Positions 1 to 9,881 of a DNA stretch of 64,000 nt are shown one piece after another. Position 1 is the first letter of the stretch; each line of letters begins with the position of its first letter. Where the stretch lies: sequence record OR529409.1; one strand, given 5' to 3'. The position numbers and the translations under genes were made by a program. The notes below the pieces were generated by a model, which was not told the origin of the DNA, made no database searches, and worked only from the letters and a program-made list of their open reading frames with translations.

Positions 1-1
1 C

Positions 2-664
2 ATGATCGAGCTCTTTCGTTATAAAGAGATTAGGAAGTCACTTATTGCCCAACACGACATTATCGTTAATCGCAATTATCGTGTGTCTTTTCCTCGGCAA
101 TACTTAATGTCCTTGGATCAATTGGAGAACCGAGAAATCGTCCGTATGACGAGCGTGATCGATCCGGATTCACACACTCGGCCTTCCCCCATGACTGTGA
201 CGTTAGAGCGAGTTATCGATATTCTCAAACGGCTTCCTGATAGTAGGATACTCGCATTTAAACACAGCAGGGACGCACTGGAGATTTACGAAACTATTCA
301 GGGGTATCTCAACAATTGGATAGAGATCATTTTAGAGGCGCCTGAATTCTCCTACCCTACGATCCAAGAGCTTTATGATTTGGAAAGTGTGGCCAAGTGG
401 GCATTCCCGGTTTATCAACATGAAAAACGAATGATGTCGTTCAGGGAAAATAGGGATTTCAATAAGCAACAGTTCGCCCATCCTTTGCTAAGCCTGATTG
501 GTGTGTTGAAGTCCGATGACGATGTTCCGTCATTTATCTCATTTTTGGATAACCGTCTTCCGCAACATCTCAAGGCTTATCGCAACGAAGAACTCTTTAC
601 GGAAGACTTAAAAGAAGTTCTTTCTTTTGACAACTCTTTATTTGGAATTAAGGGTGGGTTATGA
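2..664 (+). CDS. Conserved jumbo-phage hypothetical protein (may extend beyond the left edge)
   Basis: 220-aa ORF; its stop overlaps the next start (ATGA at 661-664). No recognisable motif. Confidence 0.6.
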   Translation: MIELFRYKEIRKSLIAQHDIIVNRNYRVSFPRQYLMSLDQLENREIVRMTSVIDPDSHTRPSPMTVTLERVIDILKRLPDSRILAFKHSRDALEIYETIQGYLNNWIEIILEAPEFSYPTIQELYDLESVAKWAFPVYQHEKRMMSFRENRDFNKQQFAHPLLSLIGVLKSDDDVPSFISFLDNRLPQHLKAYRNEELFTEDLKEVLSFDNSLFGIKGGL

Positions 665-2007
665 TACCCGTTAATATTAGTAACGTCTTAGAACAGGCGA
701 AGCAGGTTGCCGCAACCAAACGTGCTACCATCTCTACGCTCGAGCTAACTCTTATAACCCCGGAATTACATTATCCCGTTCCTAATGTTCAGAGGCTCTC
801 TAAGAGCTCTAATTTCTTGGAGGACGGGACGGATGTTTGGGCGATTAACTTCTTGATGCAGCCTGGCGTTTTCTTAAAACAGATTCTTCCGTACAAAGAT
901 AACCTGCTCGTTGACTTAGTTGAGAGCACGGGACTCAATAGAACACTTCGTCGCCTTCGCGCGACAATTCCAATGGACGTTAATCCTCAAACCAGTTCGG
1001 ATAACAGCGTCTATATTGATCCAGGCGTATTAGATCAAAACATGGTCGTTCCCGTCACACTTATCTTGATCGATACAGTATACGAACAGTTACGTAACCA
1101 ACCGCTACTTGATAATTACTTAATGGCTACAACCAAAGACGTTTTGCATAATGTCTGGAGTCAACAAGGTCACGCCATTCAGTCTAACGGTGTTAACAAG
1201 TTTAAGGGAGTTGACATTGAAGAACCCACCGATAACCCTAGAGTTTATCGGCAGATTATGGTCAAGCACGGTACACGTCTGACTCGTTTCGCGGACTATC
1301 TTCAGAATGAAGAAGGGCTGGGAATTTATACCCGTGGGTGTGGGTCTTTCTATCGAGATGGAATTTGGTACGTCTTTCCTATTTGTAAACCCGAAAGATA
1401 CGGTACGGTGAAGAAGTCCTTAGATATTTATAAGTTCCCTGAGGACGTTCTACCAGTAACGGAACAAACGTATGGGACGACGGCGAACTCCACGTTAATA
1501 CTTTCTACAGGCCCATCTAAATTGCTTGACGGGACTGATAACCTGAGACAGAATTTTGGTGCCGGTCAACAGATCATTTCTTCGGATGCGATTTCAGGAG
1601 AAGCTGGGTCACACTATAACAACGGAGCGAGTGTCACTCTACGAGCAGAGAAAGTCACTGAATACAGAACCACGCAGCGTGCTTCGGGGCAGGAACTTAT
1701 CGACATCAACCCCACTCCTACCAATAACGTTTTTAAAGAGATAACTAAAAACGCCATGAGGGACTGCAAGGTACTGGAATTGAATTGGAGTAACTCCAAT
1801 CCTTTTCTCATTACCCCAGGGGCGCCGGTTAAGTATTATTTCCTTAATGAACAAGGGACCCTCACCATCCAGGAAGGTACGGTAATATCGGAGCAGACCA
1901 CCTATTACTCTGATTCGACCAGACCCCTCACACCGTTTAGAAAGAACTCTGTTCTGACCATACTCCTGCTCCCTATTCAGAATAGCACGATAACCCCGAA
2001 CAATTAA
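661..2007 (+). CDS. Putative virion structural protein (baseplate-hub-like candidate)
   Basis: 448-aa ORF, translationally coupled to the upstream gene, beta-rich C-terminal half. Function inferred from context only. Confidence 0.45.
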   Translation: MIPVNISNVLEQAKQVAATKRATISTLELTLITPELHYPVPNVQRLSKSSNFLEDGTDVWAINFLMQPGVFLKQILPYKDNLLVDLVESTGLNRTLRRLRATIPMDVNPQTSSDNSVYIDPGVLDQNMVVPVTLILIDTVYEQLRNQPLLDNYLMATTKDVLHNVWSQQGHAIQSNGVNKFKGVDIEEPTDNPRVYRQIMVKHGTRLTRFADYLQNEEGLGIYTRGCGSFYRDGIWYVFPICKPERYGTVKKSLDIYKFPEDVLPVTEQTYGTTANSTLILSTGPSKLLDGTDNLRQNFGAGQQIISSDAISGEAGSHYNNGASVTLRAEKVTEYRTTQRASGQELIDINPTPTNNVFKEITKNAMRDCKVLELNWSNSNPFLITPGAPVKYYFLNEQGTLTIQEGTVISEQTTYYSDSTRPLTPFRKNSVLTILLLPIQNSTITPNN

Positions 2008-2094
2008 AATTTGACATGGAGTTTTTTATAACACTATATGACCACAGTGTATGAAAAACAAAATCTCATTTTTAATTGAATAGAGGAAATCATC

Positions 2095-2553
2095 ATGAAA
2101 CGTTTTATCTCTGCGGCCATTCTTTCTGTTATTGCTATGAGTGCCACCGCTACTGAAAATACCAACATCTGGGGCTGTGTCACAAATACCGGCAAGGTTG
2201 CTAGAGTCGACTTGGTCGAAGGAGCGGGCGGCGTTCAGGCAGTCTACACGTTCGGTAAGGCCGGGAGCAGTCCAGAGCTCTCCGTTGCCAAGAAACCTTC
2301 TGACGTTAAGTATACTGAGAAAGAGGCTTACGCCAACGGCATCCTGCAAACCACGTATTACCAGCTGACTTTTAATAACGGACAGTTCAGTTATATCACT
2401 GAACAGTTTAACAAGATCGGGCGTCTTTATGTGCTCAAGAACGATAAAGTTATTTCGACCATTGAGTGCGAAGACATTATCGATGCCGGTGTTCTCGACA
2501 GCGAAAACATGATCAAAATCTTTCCTTACCATGAAAAGGTAAAGGATGAATAA
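2095..2553 (+). CDS. Secreted/periplasmic protein with one likely disulfide
   Basis: RBS GAGGA; Sec signal MKRFISAAILSVIAMSATA; two Cys (GCVTNTGK and IECED); YTFGK..PEL motif. Confidence 0.75.
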   Translation: MKRFISAAILSVIAMSATATENTNIWGCVTNTGKVARVDLVEGAGGVQAVYTFGKAGSSPELSVAKKPSDVKYTEKEAYANGILQTTYYQLTFNNGQFSYITEQFNKIGRLYVLKNDKVISTIECEDIIDAGVLDSENMIKIFPYHEKVKDE

Positions 2554-2556
2554 ACC

Positions 2557-2610
2557 TCCTACCTCCACCCTTATGGGTGGAGGTAGGGTAACCTAATTTA
2601 TTTTTTTTTT
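2557..2610. terminator. Bidirectional intrinsic terminator
   Basis: CCTACCTCCACCC-TTAT-GGGTGGAGGTAGG plus T-run, between convergent genes. Confidence 0.85.
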
Positions 2611-4150
2611 ATCCTGCAAAATCAAAATCAGGAACTGATTCGCCGTTTTCGTCTAACATGTGTTTAAAGGATTTCTTACCAGCGCACTTGGTATTGATAT
2701 CGTGAACTAACCCTAACACTGGATCGAGTGGATAGACCCAGAATCTTTCCGATAGAGGAGAACCTTCCCCTCTCATTTTAGACAGGTTTACTGTCCAGTA
2801 AGCTTTGTCGTCCACTGTTTTTGCAACATGCACTGTGATAACGCCATCACATTCGTTCGTTAATTTAGTCGAGCCTTCAGTCATGGACTTCCCGCCGACT
2901 TCTTTAGCGAAAGTCAGTTCTGCGTCGTCGTCTGATTCACGTAAGAACTTTTTAGCCTCTGGAGATAACTGGTGAGGTGTACAGAAACAAATGCCGTGAT
3001 TGACGATGAACCCACGGACACGTTTGTACAGGTCTTGTAGTCGATCGGAGCGAGATTCCCCAGAAGTCCCCTTGAGGTTAGCCATCCCTAAGTAATCGTA
3101 AGCCCAGAAAATGATTTCGTGACCCTTCATCTGTAACTTACGAATACGGTCAGTCATCTCATAATAGTTATCATTAACAGGATCGACTCGGTTCATAATT
3201 AAGAACCAGCCATTCTTCCTAAAACCGTCTGCGATAACTTGAGCGATCGTTTCAGGCGACTCGTTCTTGAAGTCACCTTGGTGACCGAACTGGTTGACCA
3301 TGATGAGTTTATACATGCGTTCGATAATTATATCTAACGCATCCTCAGCGGAATCCAGTACGATGGTAGGTATTTTAGACTTATCACGCAGCAGGGGTTT
3401 GTTATAGAGACCTATCGATGATACGATGTGTCCCATGGTCAAGCTCTTACCCCTGTTTGTTAACGCCTCCCACATATAGAACTTGGAGCGGCGCAAACCA
3501 TTATCGGGATATAGCGCTTTGTTTAGTCCCTGAAGACCTGTCTTTAACACACCTTCTTCCGACGATTCGATTTTAGCACGTTCAATGATATTAACGATGC
3601 CACTCAAATCGTCTGTATTGACTTCTTCTACCAAAGCGACGTTCTTATCGGCCAATACAGCTTCCGTCAATTTGGTTTCAATCATGTCGGCTATTTTAGC
3701 CCAAGTGGTTTTATCCGTTTTACTCGGGTCGCCAAAATAAAGTTCTTTAATTTCGTTCTTAAAATCTTTATTGAACTTATCGTCACCAACTGCTTTTTTG
3801 ACTTCTTGAATATGACGATAAATAATCTGCCGCGTTCTTTCTTCGCTAGGGTAGTCTTCTAATCCTGCTTCAATAGCTTTGGCTAACTCAGGCGCGTCTT
3901 TCATAAAGTCCATTACTCGTTGAGTGAGCAATGATTTTATGATCGGCTCATCTTCGGGTTGAGCTAAAATCCAGTCGATGGTATCGCGAATAGCGGTTTC
4001 TATTTTTTTATCCTGCGTGAACAAATCGCCTTTAGAAATCGGTATCCCATTCAAAAGATCTTTCGCTTCCCCTAACAGAGTGACGTCTTTTATTTTTTTA
4101 ATTTGGTACATCGCACTGAGAATCTTAACCAGGATCAGTAACGTGCTCAT
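2609..4150 (-). CDS. dnaB: DnaB-like replicative helicase (phiKZ gp118-like)
   Basis: GLKTGLQGLN, Walker A ALTNRGKS, Walker B YDY, HQLS motif; position next to the capsid gene matches phiKZ-like synteny. Confidence 0.88.
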   Translation of the reverse strand: MSTLLILVKILSAMYQIKKIKDVTLLGEAKDLLNGIPISKGDLFTQDKKIETAIRDTIDWILAQPEDEPIIKSLLTQRVMDFMKDAPELAKAIEAGLEDYPSEERTRQIIYRHIQEVKKAVGDDKFNKDFKNEIKELYFGDPSKTDKTTWAKIADMIETKLTEAVLADKNVALVEEVNTDDLSGIVNIIERAKIESSEEGVLKTGLQGLNKALYPDNGLRRSKFYMWEALTNRGKSLTMGHIVSSIGLYNKPLLRDKSKIPTIVLDSAEDALDIIIERMYKLIMVNQFGHQGDFKNESPETIAQVIADGFRKNGWFLIMNRVDPVNDNYYEMTDRIRKLQMKGHEIIFWAYDYLGMANLKGTSGESRSDRLQDLYKRVRGFIVNHGICFCTPHQLSPEAKKFLRESDDDAELTFAKEVGGKSMTEGSTKLTNECDGVITVHVAKTVDDKAYWTVNLSKMRGEGSPLSERFWVYPLDPVLGLVHDINTKCAGKKSFKHMLDENGESVPDFDFAG

Positions 4151-4164
4151 TTAAAAACTCCAAG

Positions 4165-4722
4165 GTGATGATAATGAATTTAATTTTTCAAGAGTCTCCT
4201 GACCGCCACCAGGTATGGTTATTAACTAATGATATGGTGAAAGCGGTTGAGAGATCTCGTATAAGATTCGATCAGTTAAATCGAATCCCAGAATATCGAG
4301 ATCGTTTTGCGGAATCCGATATTATTGCTATTGCTGTTTTACAATACAGCATGAGCCTTAAATTGGGTCGTCCGCTCCAGGACGTGTTTGATCCAGACGC
4401 TTATGTGGGTGACGAAGGACTTGTCCTCAAGAGTAAGATTAGCAATGTATTAGCAGAACTCCCTCGTCTGACCGTTATAGCGGCGTTGAGCAATCCTGCT
4501 CGTTATTACATTAAGAAAGTGGGTAATGACGTTATTTTATGTCAAGGTGAGCTGGTTAAACCAGACACTAGCTGGACTGAGCTAAACGAATCTCTCTTCA
4601 CTCACGCATTATTAAAAGGGATTTATAGCCAATACGGCTACCATCAATTGCATTTCCGAGAATTGAACCGACCGCAACGAGATAGCTTTACGTTAGCCGA
4701 CGTTCTCCGCGTATTGTCTTAA
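4165..4722 (+). CDS. Conserved protein between helicase and capsid gene (phiKZ gp119-like, probable virion protein)
   Basis: 185-aa ORF in the syntenic position. Confidence 0.55.
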   Translation: MMIMNLIFQESPDRHQVWLLTNDMVKAVERSRIRFDQLNRIPEYRDRFAESDIIAIAVLQYSMSLKLGRPLQDVFDPDAYVGDEGLVLKSKISNVLAELPRLTVIAALSNPARYYIKKVGNDVILCQGELVKPDTSWTELNESLFTHALLKGIYSQYGYHQLHFRELNRPQRDSFTLADVLRVLS

Positions 4723-4743
4723 TCCCTGATGCATAAGGGGTTA

Positions 4744-4760
4744 AGTACATTTTATGTACT
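4744..4760 (+). promoter_or_regulatory. Putative late (nvRNAP) promoter, ATTTTATG inside a dyad
   Basis: AGTACAT-TTT-ATGTACT about 55 nt upstream of the capsid ATG; TATG is the known phiKZ late consensus. Confidence 0.55.
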
Positions 4761-4810
4761 AGTGCCGTAAACAAATATTTGTTTAAAGCTTTGAATAAAG
4801 GAAATTATCG

Positions 4811-6997
4811 ATGAAGCGTACAATTAACGTCCGCAAAGGCTCCACTGCTGTAAAACCCCTGAACCTCGCGATGAGCGACATGTTTAGTCAGGGCGGCTTT
4901 AAATCTTTTACTGGTGTTGAAAACCTGGATACTGCGACCGACCAGTTCAATGCCATGTTTGCTGGCACCGAGTCACTGGCTAACGGTATTAGCCCAGAGT
5001 CTTCCAAACTGCTCAGCAACCTGACCAACTCTCAGCGTTTCGCGACCATCTCCAGCATCGCGTCGATGCAAAATGCATTCCCGACCGTTGATCGTCGCCT
5101 GGCTGACTTCGCCGGTACCGAAGGTTTCTCAATGGCGCAGTTTGCCGGTGAGTCCGCTAAAGTTAAAGGCGTGAACATCACTCTGAACGCCCTGTCTCAC
5201 CGCCAGACCGACGCTGCTGAAGCTCTGTTCACCACCGTCACTATCCCGTACGCGGAAGAGTACCTGGAGTTCTCCGTGCGTACCGCCGGCCTGGGTCGTT
5301 ACATCTACGGTGCTGCTGCTGGCGAACGTGCCTCTGAGCTGGTACCGGTAATGAGCCTGATCCGCAAAGGTAAAGCTTTCATGGCTGATACCCTGCGCAT
5401 GTATCCGGTTTATCCGACCGACTCGGCTGATCCGAACCGTAAATACTTCATGGCTGAGTCTGTAGCTGCTGCTACCGAAGCCACTTACGACAGCGCTGAT
5501 CCGCTGAACCGTCAAGCTCACAAGACCCAATACCTGAAAGTTCCGGTATCCGTACCGAACCTGGTTGGTCTGTCTGAAGCCCCGGGTCAGAACCCGTTCG
5601 AAACTTCTGATGAAGTTGAATCCAACTCCATCCAGATGACCAACGTCGCACTGACCGCCAACGTCGGCGCTTCCGGCTCTGCTACCGCAGTCGTACTGCG
5701 TATGCCGACCGTGAACATGTCTCAGGCGCATTTCGGTATCGCTGCAATGGGTGCTTCTTCTGACGATCGTCAGATGGACTTCCAGGTACAGGGTCTGCCG
5801 GCGTCTGCACTGTTCAACATCGGTAGCGATACCGTTACCACCGCACTGGATGCACTGAAAGCGAATGGCGCTCAGCCGTTCTTCTCTCTGAGCATCACCG
5901 GTACTTACCAGCGTCAGACCAATACCCTGAAAATCCAGGGCGGTTCTTTCGAACTGGAGTACATCAAAGATGCGGCTGGCAACAAACATCTGCCGACCAC
6001 TTCCAGCGCAACGATCAAAGCTCTGTTCGGCCTGTTCGCTGATGGCGAAATCGCCGGTGTTGAACTGCGTTACAACCACACCAACATCAACCGCGTGAAC
6101 TTCGGTTACCGTGTTGAAGTGTTTGACGCACGTAAAACTCTGACCACTCATCGTCAGACTCCGATCTCTGTTCGCTACCCGGTCAGCAAAGAAGATACCA
6201 ATGAGGAATCTCTGAGCTACGCGATCGATCAGATGGCGATCATCCTGAACGCACAGACCACCGCAAACGCGTTTACCAAAGCTGAAGAGCACGTTGATTA
6301 CGTGACCTCCATCAACGGTTCCGCGATCGTAGGTAACGAACAGGCGTCTAACGTCCTGGCTGGTATGCACTACGCTAACGCTGCTGCGATCAACCGTACT
6401 CTGAAACTGTCTGACATCGTGTCTACTCAGGACAGCGTCGGTGTAGTTGACAACATCTCTGCGGCACTGTGCAACACCCTGAGCGAAATGGCAGCAGCGC
6501 TGGCCACTAACTCCGGTCTGGCTGCTATTGCCGAATACACCCGTGAAAAACTGAAATGGCAGGTTGTTGCCCATCAGAACATGGGTCGTTACCTGATGCG
6601 TTCTGGCGACGCTCGTACCATGGGTGCGTATACCGACTTCGCGGTTGAACTGACTAACGTCGAAACCATGATCGGTAAATTCTACCTGGTACCGCAGTCC
6701 GAAACCGACGGCAACACCATCGACCCGCTGGGTGGTATGGGCGTGTGCGTTGATAAAGAGCACGTTGTTGTACAGGGCGACGTCACTCGTACCGATCGTC
6801 AGTTCGGTATCCTGATGACCATGCCGATCTTCCAACACCACTCTGTATGTCCGATCGTCGGCGTACTGACCGTTGAAGACGCTGTACTGGCTCTGAACGA
6901 CGAAGGCCTGATCGACGCTCTGGCTAAACAGCGCGTTGTGGTTAACGGCGTTGTACAGTCTGAAGTCGACGCTGTAGACGACGGTCAGCTGCCGTAA
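4811..6997 (+). CDS. Major capsid protein (phiKZ gp120 / SPN3US gp75-like)
   Basis: 728 aa; extreme optimal-codon bias (CTG, CGT, GGT, ACC, ATC); N-terminal propeptide with S/A/G-x-E cleavage motifs (GVE, GTE, AGE); synteny helicase-x-MCP-x-RNAP. Confidence 0.9.
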   Translation: MKRTINVRKGSTAVKPLNLAMSDMFSQGGFKSFTGVENLDTATDQFNAMFAGTESLANGISPESSKLLSNLTNSQRFATISSIASMQNAFPTVDRRLADFAGTEGFSMAQFAGESAKVKGVNITLNALSHRQTDAAEALFTTVTIPYAEEYLEFSVRTAGLGRYIYGAAAGERASELVPVMSLIRKGKAFMADTLRMYPVYPTDSADPNRKYFMAESVAAATEATYDSADPLNRQAHKTQYLKVPVSVPNLVGLSEAPGQNPFETSDEVESNSIQMTNVALTANVGASGSATAVVLRMPTVNMSQAHFGIAAMGASSDDRQMDFQVQGLPASALFNIGSDTVTTALDALKANGAQPFFSLSITGTYQRQTNTLKIQGGSFELEYIKDAAGNKHLPTTSSATIKALFGLFADGEIAGVELRYNHTNINRVNFGYRVEVFDARKTLTTHRQTPISVRYPVSKEDTNEESLSYAIDQMAIILNAQTTANAFTKAEEHVDYVTSINGSAIVGNEQASNVLAGMHYANAAAINRTLKLSDIVSTQDSVGVVDNISAALCNTLSEMAAALATNSGLAAIAEYTREKLKWQVVAHQNMGRYLMRSGDARTMGAYTDFAVELTNVETMIGKFYLVPQSETDGNTIDPLGGMGVCVDKEHVVVQGDVTRTDRQFGILMTMPIFQHHSVCPIVGVLTVEDAVLALNDEGLIDALAKQRVVVNGVVQSEVDAVDDGQLP

Positions 6998-7020
6998 GCA
7001 ACATTAGTACCGTGAAATAA

Positions 7021-7052
7021 TAACCCCCTACCCTTAACGGGGTAGGGGGTTA
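7021..7052 (+). terminator. Intrinsic terminator after the capsid gene
   Basis: TAACCCCCTACCC-TTAACG-GGGTAGGGGGTTA, 13-bp stem. Confidence 0.85.
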
Positions 7053-7080
7053 TACTTCGTCTTCTTAAATTTTTTAAGGA

Positions 7081-7091
7081 CTATATTATCT
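7081..7091 (+). promoter_or_regulatory. Putative early (virion RNAP) promoter CTATATTATCT
   Basis: Resembles the phiKZ early consensus TATATTAC; the identical 11-mer recurs at 43693; lies after a terminator and an AT-rich tract. Confidence 0.55.
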
Positions 7092-7176
7092 CTGGGTAAA
7101 GGGTTGGTATAAGGGACCGCGCATCCCATACCAGATGAAGCTCTAGTCTAAAAATAAACCTTAAGGAAATTAACAA

Positions 7177-8199
7177 ATGAGTCTTTCGTCTTACGGCACG
7201 CAAAATGCCTTATCTTATCAGTTATTTAATAACACGAGCAGGGAGCTCTTGCTACGTAATAACGGCGGAATGAACAATATTATATCCGCGTGTCCTAAAA
7301 GCGGATATAATAACACTATTGTTCTGCGGGTTACGCTTACTGTACATAATGTTCACAATGTATTATTTGATTTGGAAGGCATGACCAACGCTTTGGATAG
7401 GGAGATCGCAACTGAATTCATCACTCAGTTAAATGCCCGTAAGAAGAACGACTTTGTTTATTTAGAAATTAACGATACCATTTGTATGACACACACAGTC
7501 ACCCTAGGGCAACGTCACGCGAGTGGATTAAAAAATGAAATTAAAAGTGACCTGCTCAATTTCACTTTAAGTCAAGAGGTCAATAAGTATAAAGACAGGT
7601 TCGTTGGTAAGACCGCAACCGCAATTACCCAAGAGATAAAAAATGATTTAACTGAAGAAGAATCAGAAAACCTCATTGTGTGTATGAGAGTTAATGATCC
7701 CCTTTCCATTGTGAATAATCTCTGGACCACAGCGGGCGGTGAAGCAGTTTTAATACCGAAAACTACCAATGAAGACGAACCAGCAGGACTGTATATTGTG
7801 AAAGGTCATAACGCTTATAACCGTGGAAGTGAATATCATGATATCGCTAAGTGCAGTAAGGAATTCCTTAACGCACTAGGGGTTTACCACAGTAAACACG
7901 AAGCAGATATTGGCGGTAACAGTAAATTGTTACACGACCTTACATCTAAAGTATCAGAAATGAAGAAATCCACTGAGAAAGCTCAACGGGAACTAAACAC
8001 CGCAGAAGTTAAAGCAACCACTCTAAATAATCGGTTGGAGCATGCAAAGATGGTGCAACTGTTCGATAAAGAACGGGCTAAGTTCAAGGAAGATATATCC
8101 AAAAGCGCGAATACTGGTAGTGGATGGGGGGACGCATTTAAATCTGCTGGGGGGTTCTTGTCGACGCTATTCTCGATATTTAAACTCCTTCCCATTTAA
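7177..8199 (+). CDS. Conserved hypothetical protein with coiled coil and C-terminal amphipathic helix
   Basis: RBS AAGGA; heptad-like stretch SKVSEMKK...LEHAK; ends GWGDAFKSAGGFLSTLFSIFKLLPI. Confidence 0.7.
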   Translation: MSLSSYGTQNALSYQLFNNTSRELLLRNNGGMNNIISACPKSGYNNTIVLRVTLTVHNVHNVLFDLEGMTNALDREIATEFITQLNARKKNDFVYLEINDTICMTHTVTLGQRHASGLKNEIKSDLLNFTLSQEVNKYKDRFVGKTATAITQEIKNDLTEEESENLIVCMRVNDPLSIVNNLWTTAGGEAVLIPKTTNEDEPAGLYIVKGHNAYNRGSEYHDIAKCSKEFLNALGVYHSKHEADIGGNSKLLHDLTSKVSEMKKSTEKAQRELNTAEVKATTLNNRLEHAKMVQLFDKERAKFKEDISKSANTGSGWGDAFKSAGGFLSTLFSIFKLLPI

Positions 8200-8210
8200 C
8201 AAGGTGCGAC

Positions 8211-9881
8211 ATGGATCCTAAGTTACTGAAAGCGGTATCGGCTACGATGCCTAAGTTTAATGAAACGATAGCTTCAGGTTTCCATCAACGAGAATTTGAG
8301 CAAATACATAAACGTTATGAATATCTTTTAAGAATGACGTTTGAACCCATTGAAAAGAAAGGAGTATGGTTTGTTGGCGTCAGGTCGGTACGACCTCATG
8401 AAATGTATAACGTCATCGCGAAGAACACACAGCAGAAAACCTTTGAAACAAACAAAGAAAGTCTTTATCCGGTTAAACTCGTCTTTAAATACGGGATGGA
8501 TAAAAATACTGCCAGGGAGATGGATCCTGTTTACGTACTCCTTCCGTTCTGTGATCGGTATGGGGATGTTTGGATCAGGGGAAGTCAATACAGCTTACAG
8601 ATCGTCCTCGCTGACCGAGGATTGAGCGTCACCAAAGACGATCAGATCTTCGTAAGACTCCTGGGATATAAATTCAAAGTAGGGACTGAGCAATATGAGT
8701 ATACTCAGATCCACAATGAAATAAATCCTGTCAGGGAAACCAACCTTCCTATCAACCTTCCGGCTAACCGCTTCTACGTGGCCAGTGAAGCGCGTCGTCC
8801 AAACCCAACTAAAACACCCACACCTTTATTGGCGTGGTATGTGTTCGCGGAGTATGGTTTTAGCGAAACCATGCGTAAGTTTGGGGAATGCGATTATGCG
8901 ATAGGTGATCGTGATGCGATCATTCAGCAATATAGTGAAGATAAGGGTTGGAAGCTGTTTGGCAGTAAAGGATTGGCGATTGGTAAAAGTATCACACCAT
9001 ATGTGAATTGCGGGTTAGCTATAGCGGCTAAACCATTAAACGAAAAACGAAGAGGAGAAATACCTAACGTTGCACAACAGTATATTGCGGCATTGCTTTA
9101 TCTGTGTGATGTTGGCGGAGAATTTATTGATTTGGATAAACTCGACGATAAATATTTTTGGCGTATGATGGTCGGACACGCCAGTATTAAAGCCGGAGGA
9201 AATCTCACCCATTTGGAAAAACAGATGGCGGATCACTTCGATTCCATGAACGAAGGTTTAGACCAAACAAGTATCCAACGATTCGCTGAGCAACGAATTG
9301 TGGTTAAAGATCGTTATGAATTGTTTAATTACATCATAGCGAACCGGGCTGAAATCGTTAAGACTTCCGATAAAGCCAATATGTTACATAAAGAAATTAG
9401 TTCTAGTGAGTTCACATTAGACAAACTGATTACCGCGGCTAACCGCTTTAAACACGATGTCAAAAACACAACAGAACTCAACTATGAACGTGTTAAGTCA
9501 TTCATGTCATCTCATTTCAAATTACGCGATATCGAATCGGCTGCTTGGGAATCTAACATGATCCAAGAAGCTACGCCGACAGATTGCCCTATCGCCGATT
9601 ATGGCTTTGGGGTGATGTCTCAGGCGAAAGTATTCGGTCCTCGTAATAACGGGAGAAACAGTGACTTTAACCCTAACGATCCCGCTAACTGCATACATGG
9701 CTCTGTACCTTTTGTGATGAGTTTCCAACGGGTGACTAAACCCGACCCAAACGCTTGCGGATTCTTAGCCCCCTGCGTACATTTGATCAACGACAAATAT
9801 TTGGGACTCAGACCAGAAGATGTGGAACTGTACGAAGCCACTGTGAGCAGACTTACTAAGTCTGAGGTTAAAATTAAATGA
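8211..9881 (+). CDS. Non-virion RNA polymerase beta subunit fragment (phiKZ gp123 / SPN3US gp77-like)
   Basis: 556 aa; PFCDRYGDVWIRGSQY segment, C-terminal ERVTKPDP..GFLAPC-like segment; two genes downstream of MCP as in phiKZ-like phages. Confidence 0.75.
   Translation: MDPKLLKAVSATMPKFNETIASGFHQREFEQIHKRYEYLLRMTFEPIEKKGVWFVGVRSVRPHEMYNVIAKNTQQKTFETNKESLYPVKLVFKYGMDKNTAREMDPVYVLLPFCDRYGDVWIRGSQYSLQIVLADRGLSVTKDDQIFVRLLGYKFKVGTEQYEYTQIHNEINPVRETNLPINLPANRFYVASEARRPNPTKTPTPLLAWYVFAEYGFSETMRKFGECDYAIGDRDAIIQQYSEDKGWKLFGSKGLAIGKSITPYVNCGLAIAAKPLNEKRRGEIPNVAQQYIAALLYLCDVGGEFIDLDKLDDKYFWRMMVGHASIKAGGNLTHLEKQMADHFDSMNEGLDQTSIQRFAEQRIVVKDRYELFNYIIANRAEIVKTSDKANMLHKEISSSEFTLDKLITAANRFKHDVKNTTELNYERVKSFMSSHFKLRDIESAAWESNMIQEATPTDCPIADYGFGVMSQAKVFGPRNNGRNSDFNPNDPANCIHGSVPFVMSFQRVTKPDPNACGFLAPCVHLINDKYLGLRPEDVELYEATVSRLTKSEVKIK

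Noticed and set aside
2011-2040. TTGACA suggesting a sigma70 promoter
   Set aside because: No good -10 at 16-18 nt spacing, and phiKZ-like phages transcribe with their own RNAPs.
2026-2568. 180-aa antisense ORF and the many other short overlapping ORFs in the track
   Set aside because: Shadows of better-supported genes that have an RBS, signal peptide or motifs.
5129-6841. 570-aa antisense ORF inside the capsid gene
   Set aside because: No RBS or recognisable motif; long antisense frames are an expected by-product of extreme codon bias on the sense strand.
6847-6855. Possible self-target of the TnpB guide in the capsid gene (ATGTCCGAT); similar 8-mer at 54609
   Set aside because: Only 8-9 nt of complementarity, which is expected by chance in 64 kb on two strands.
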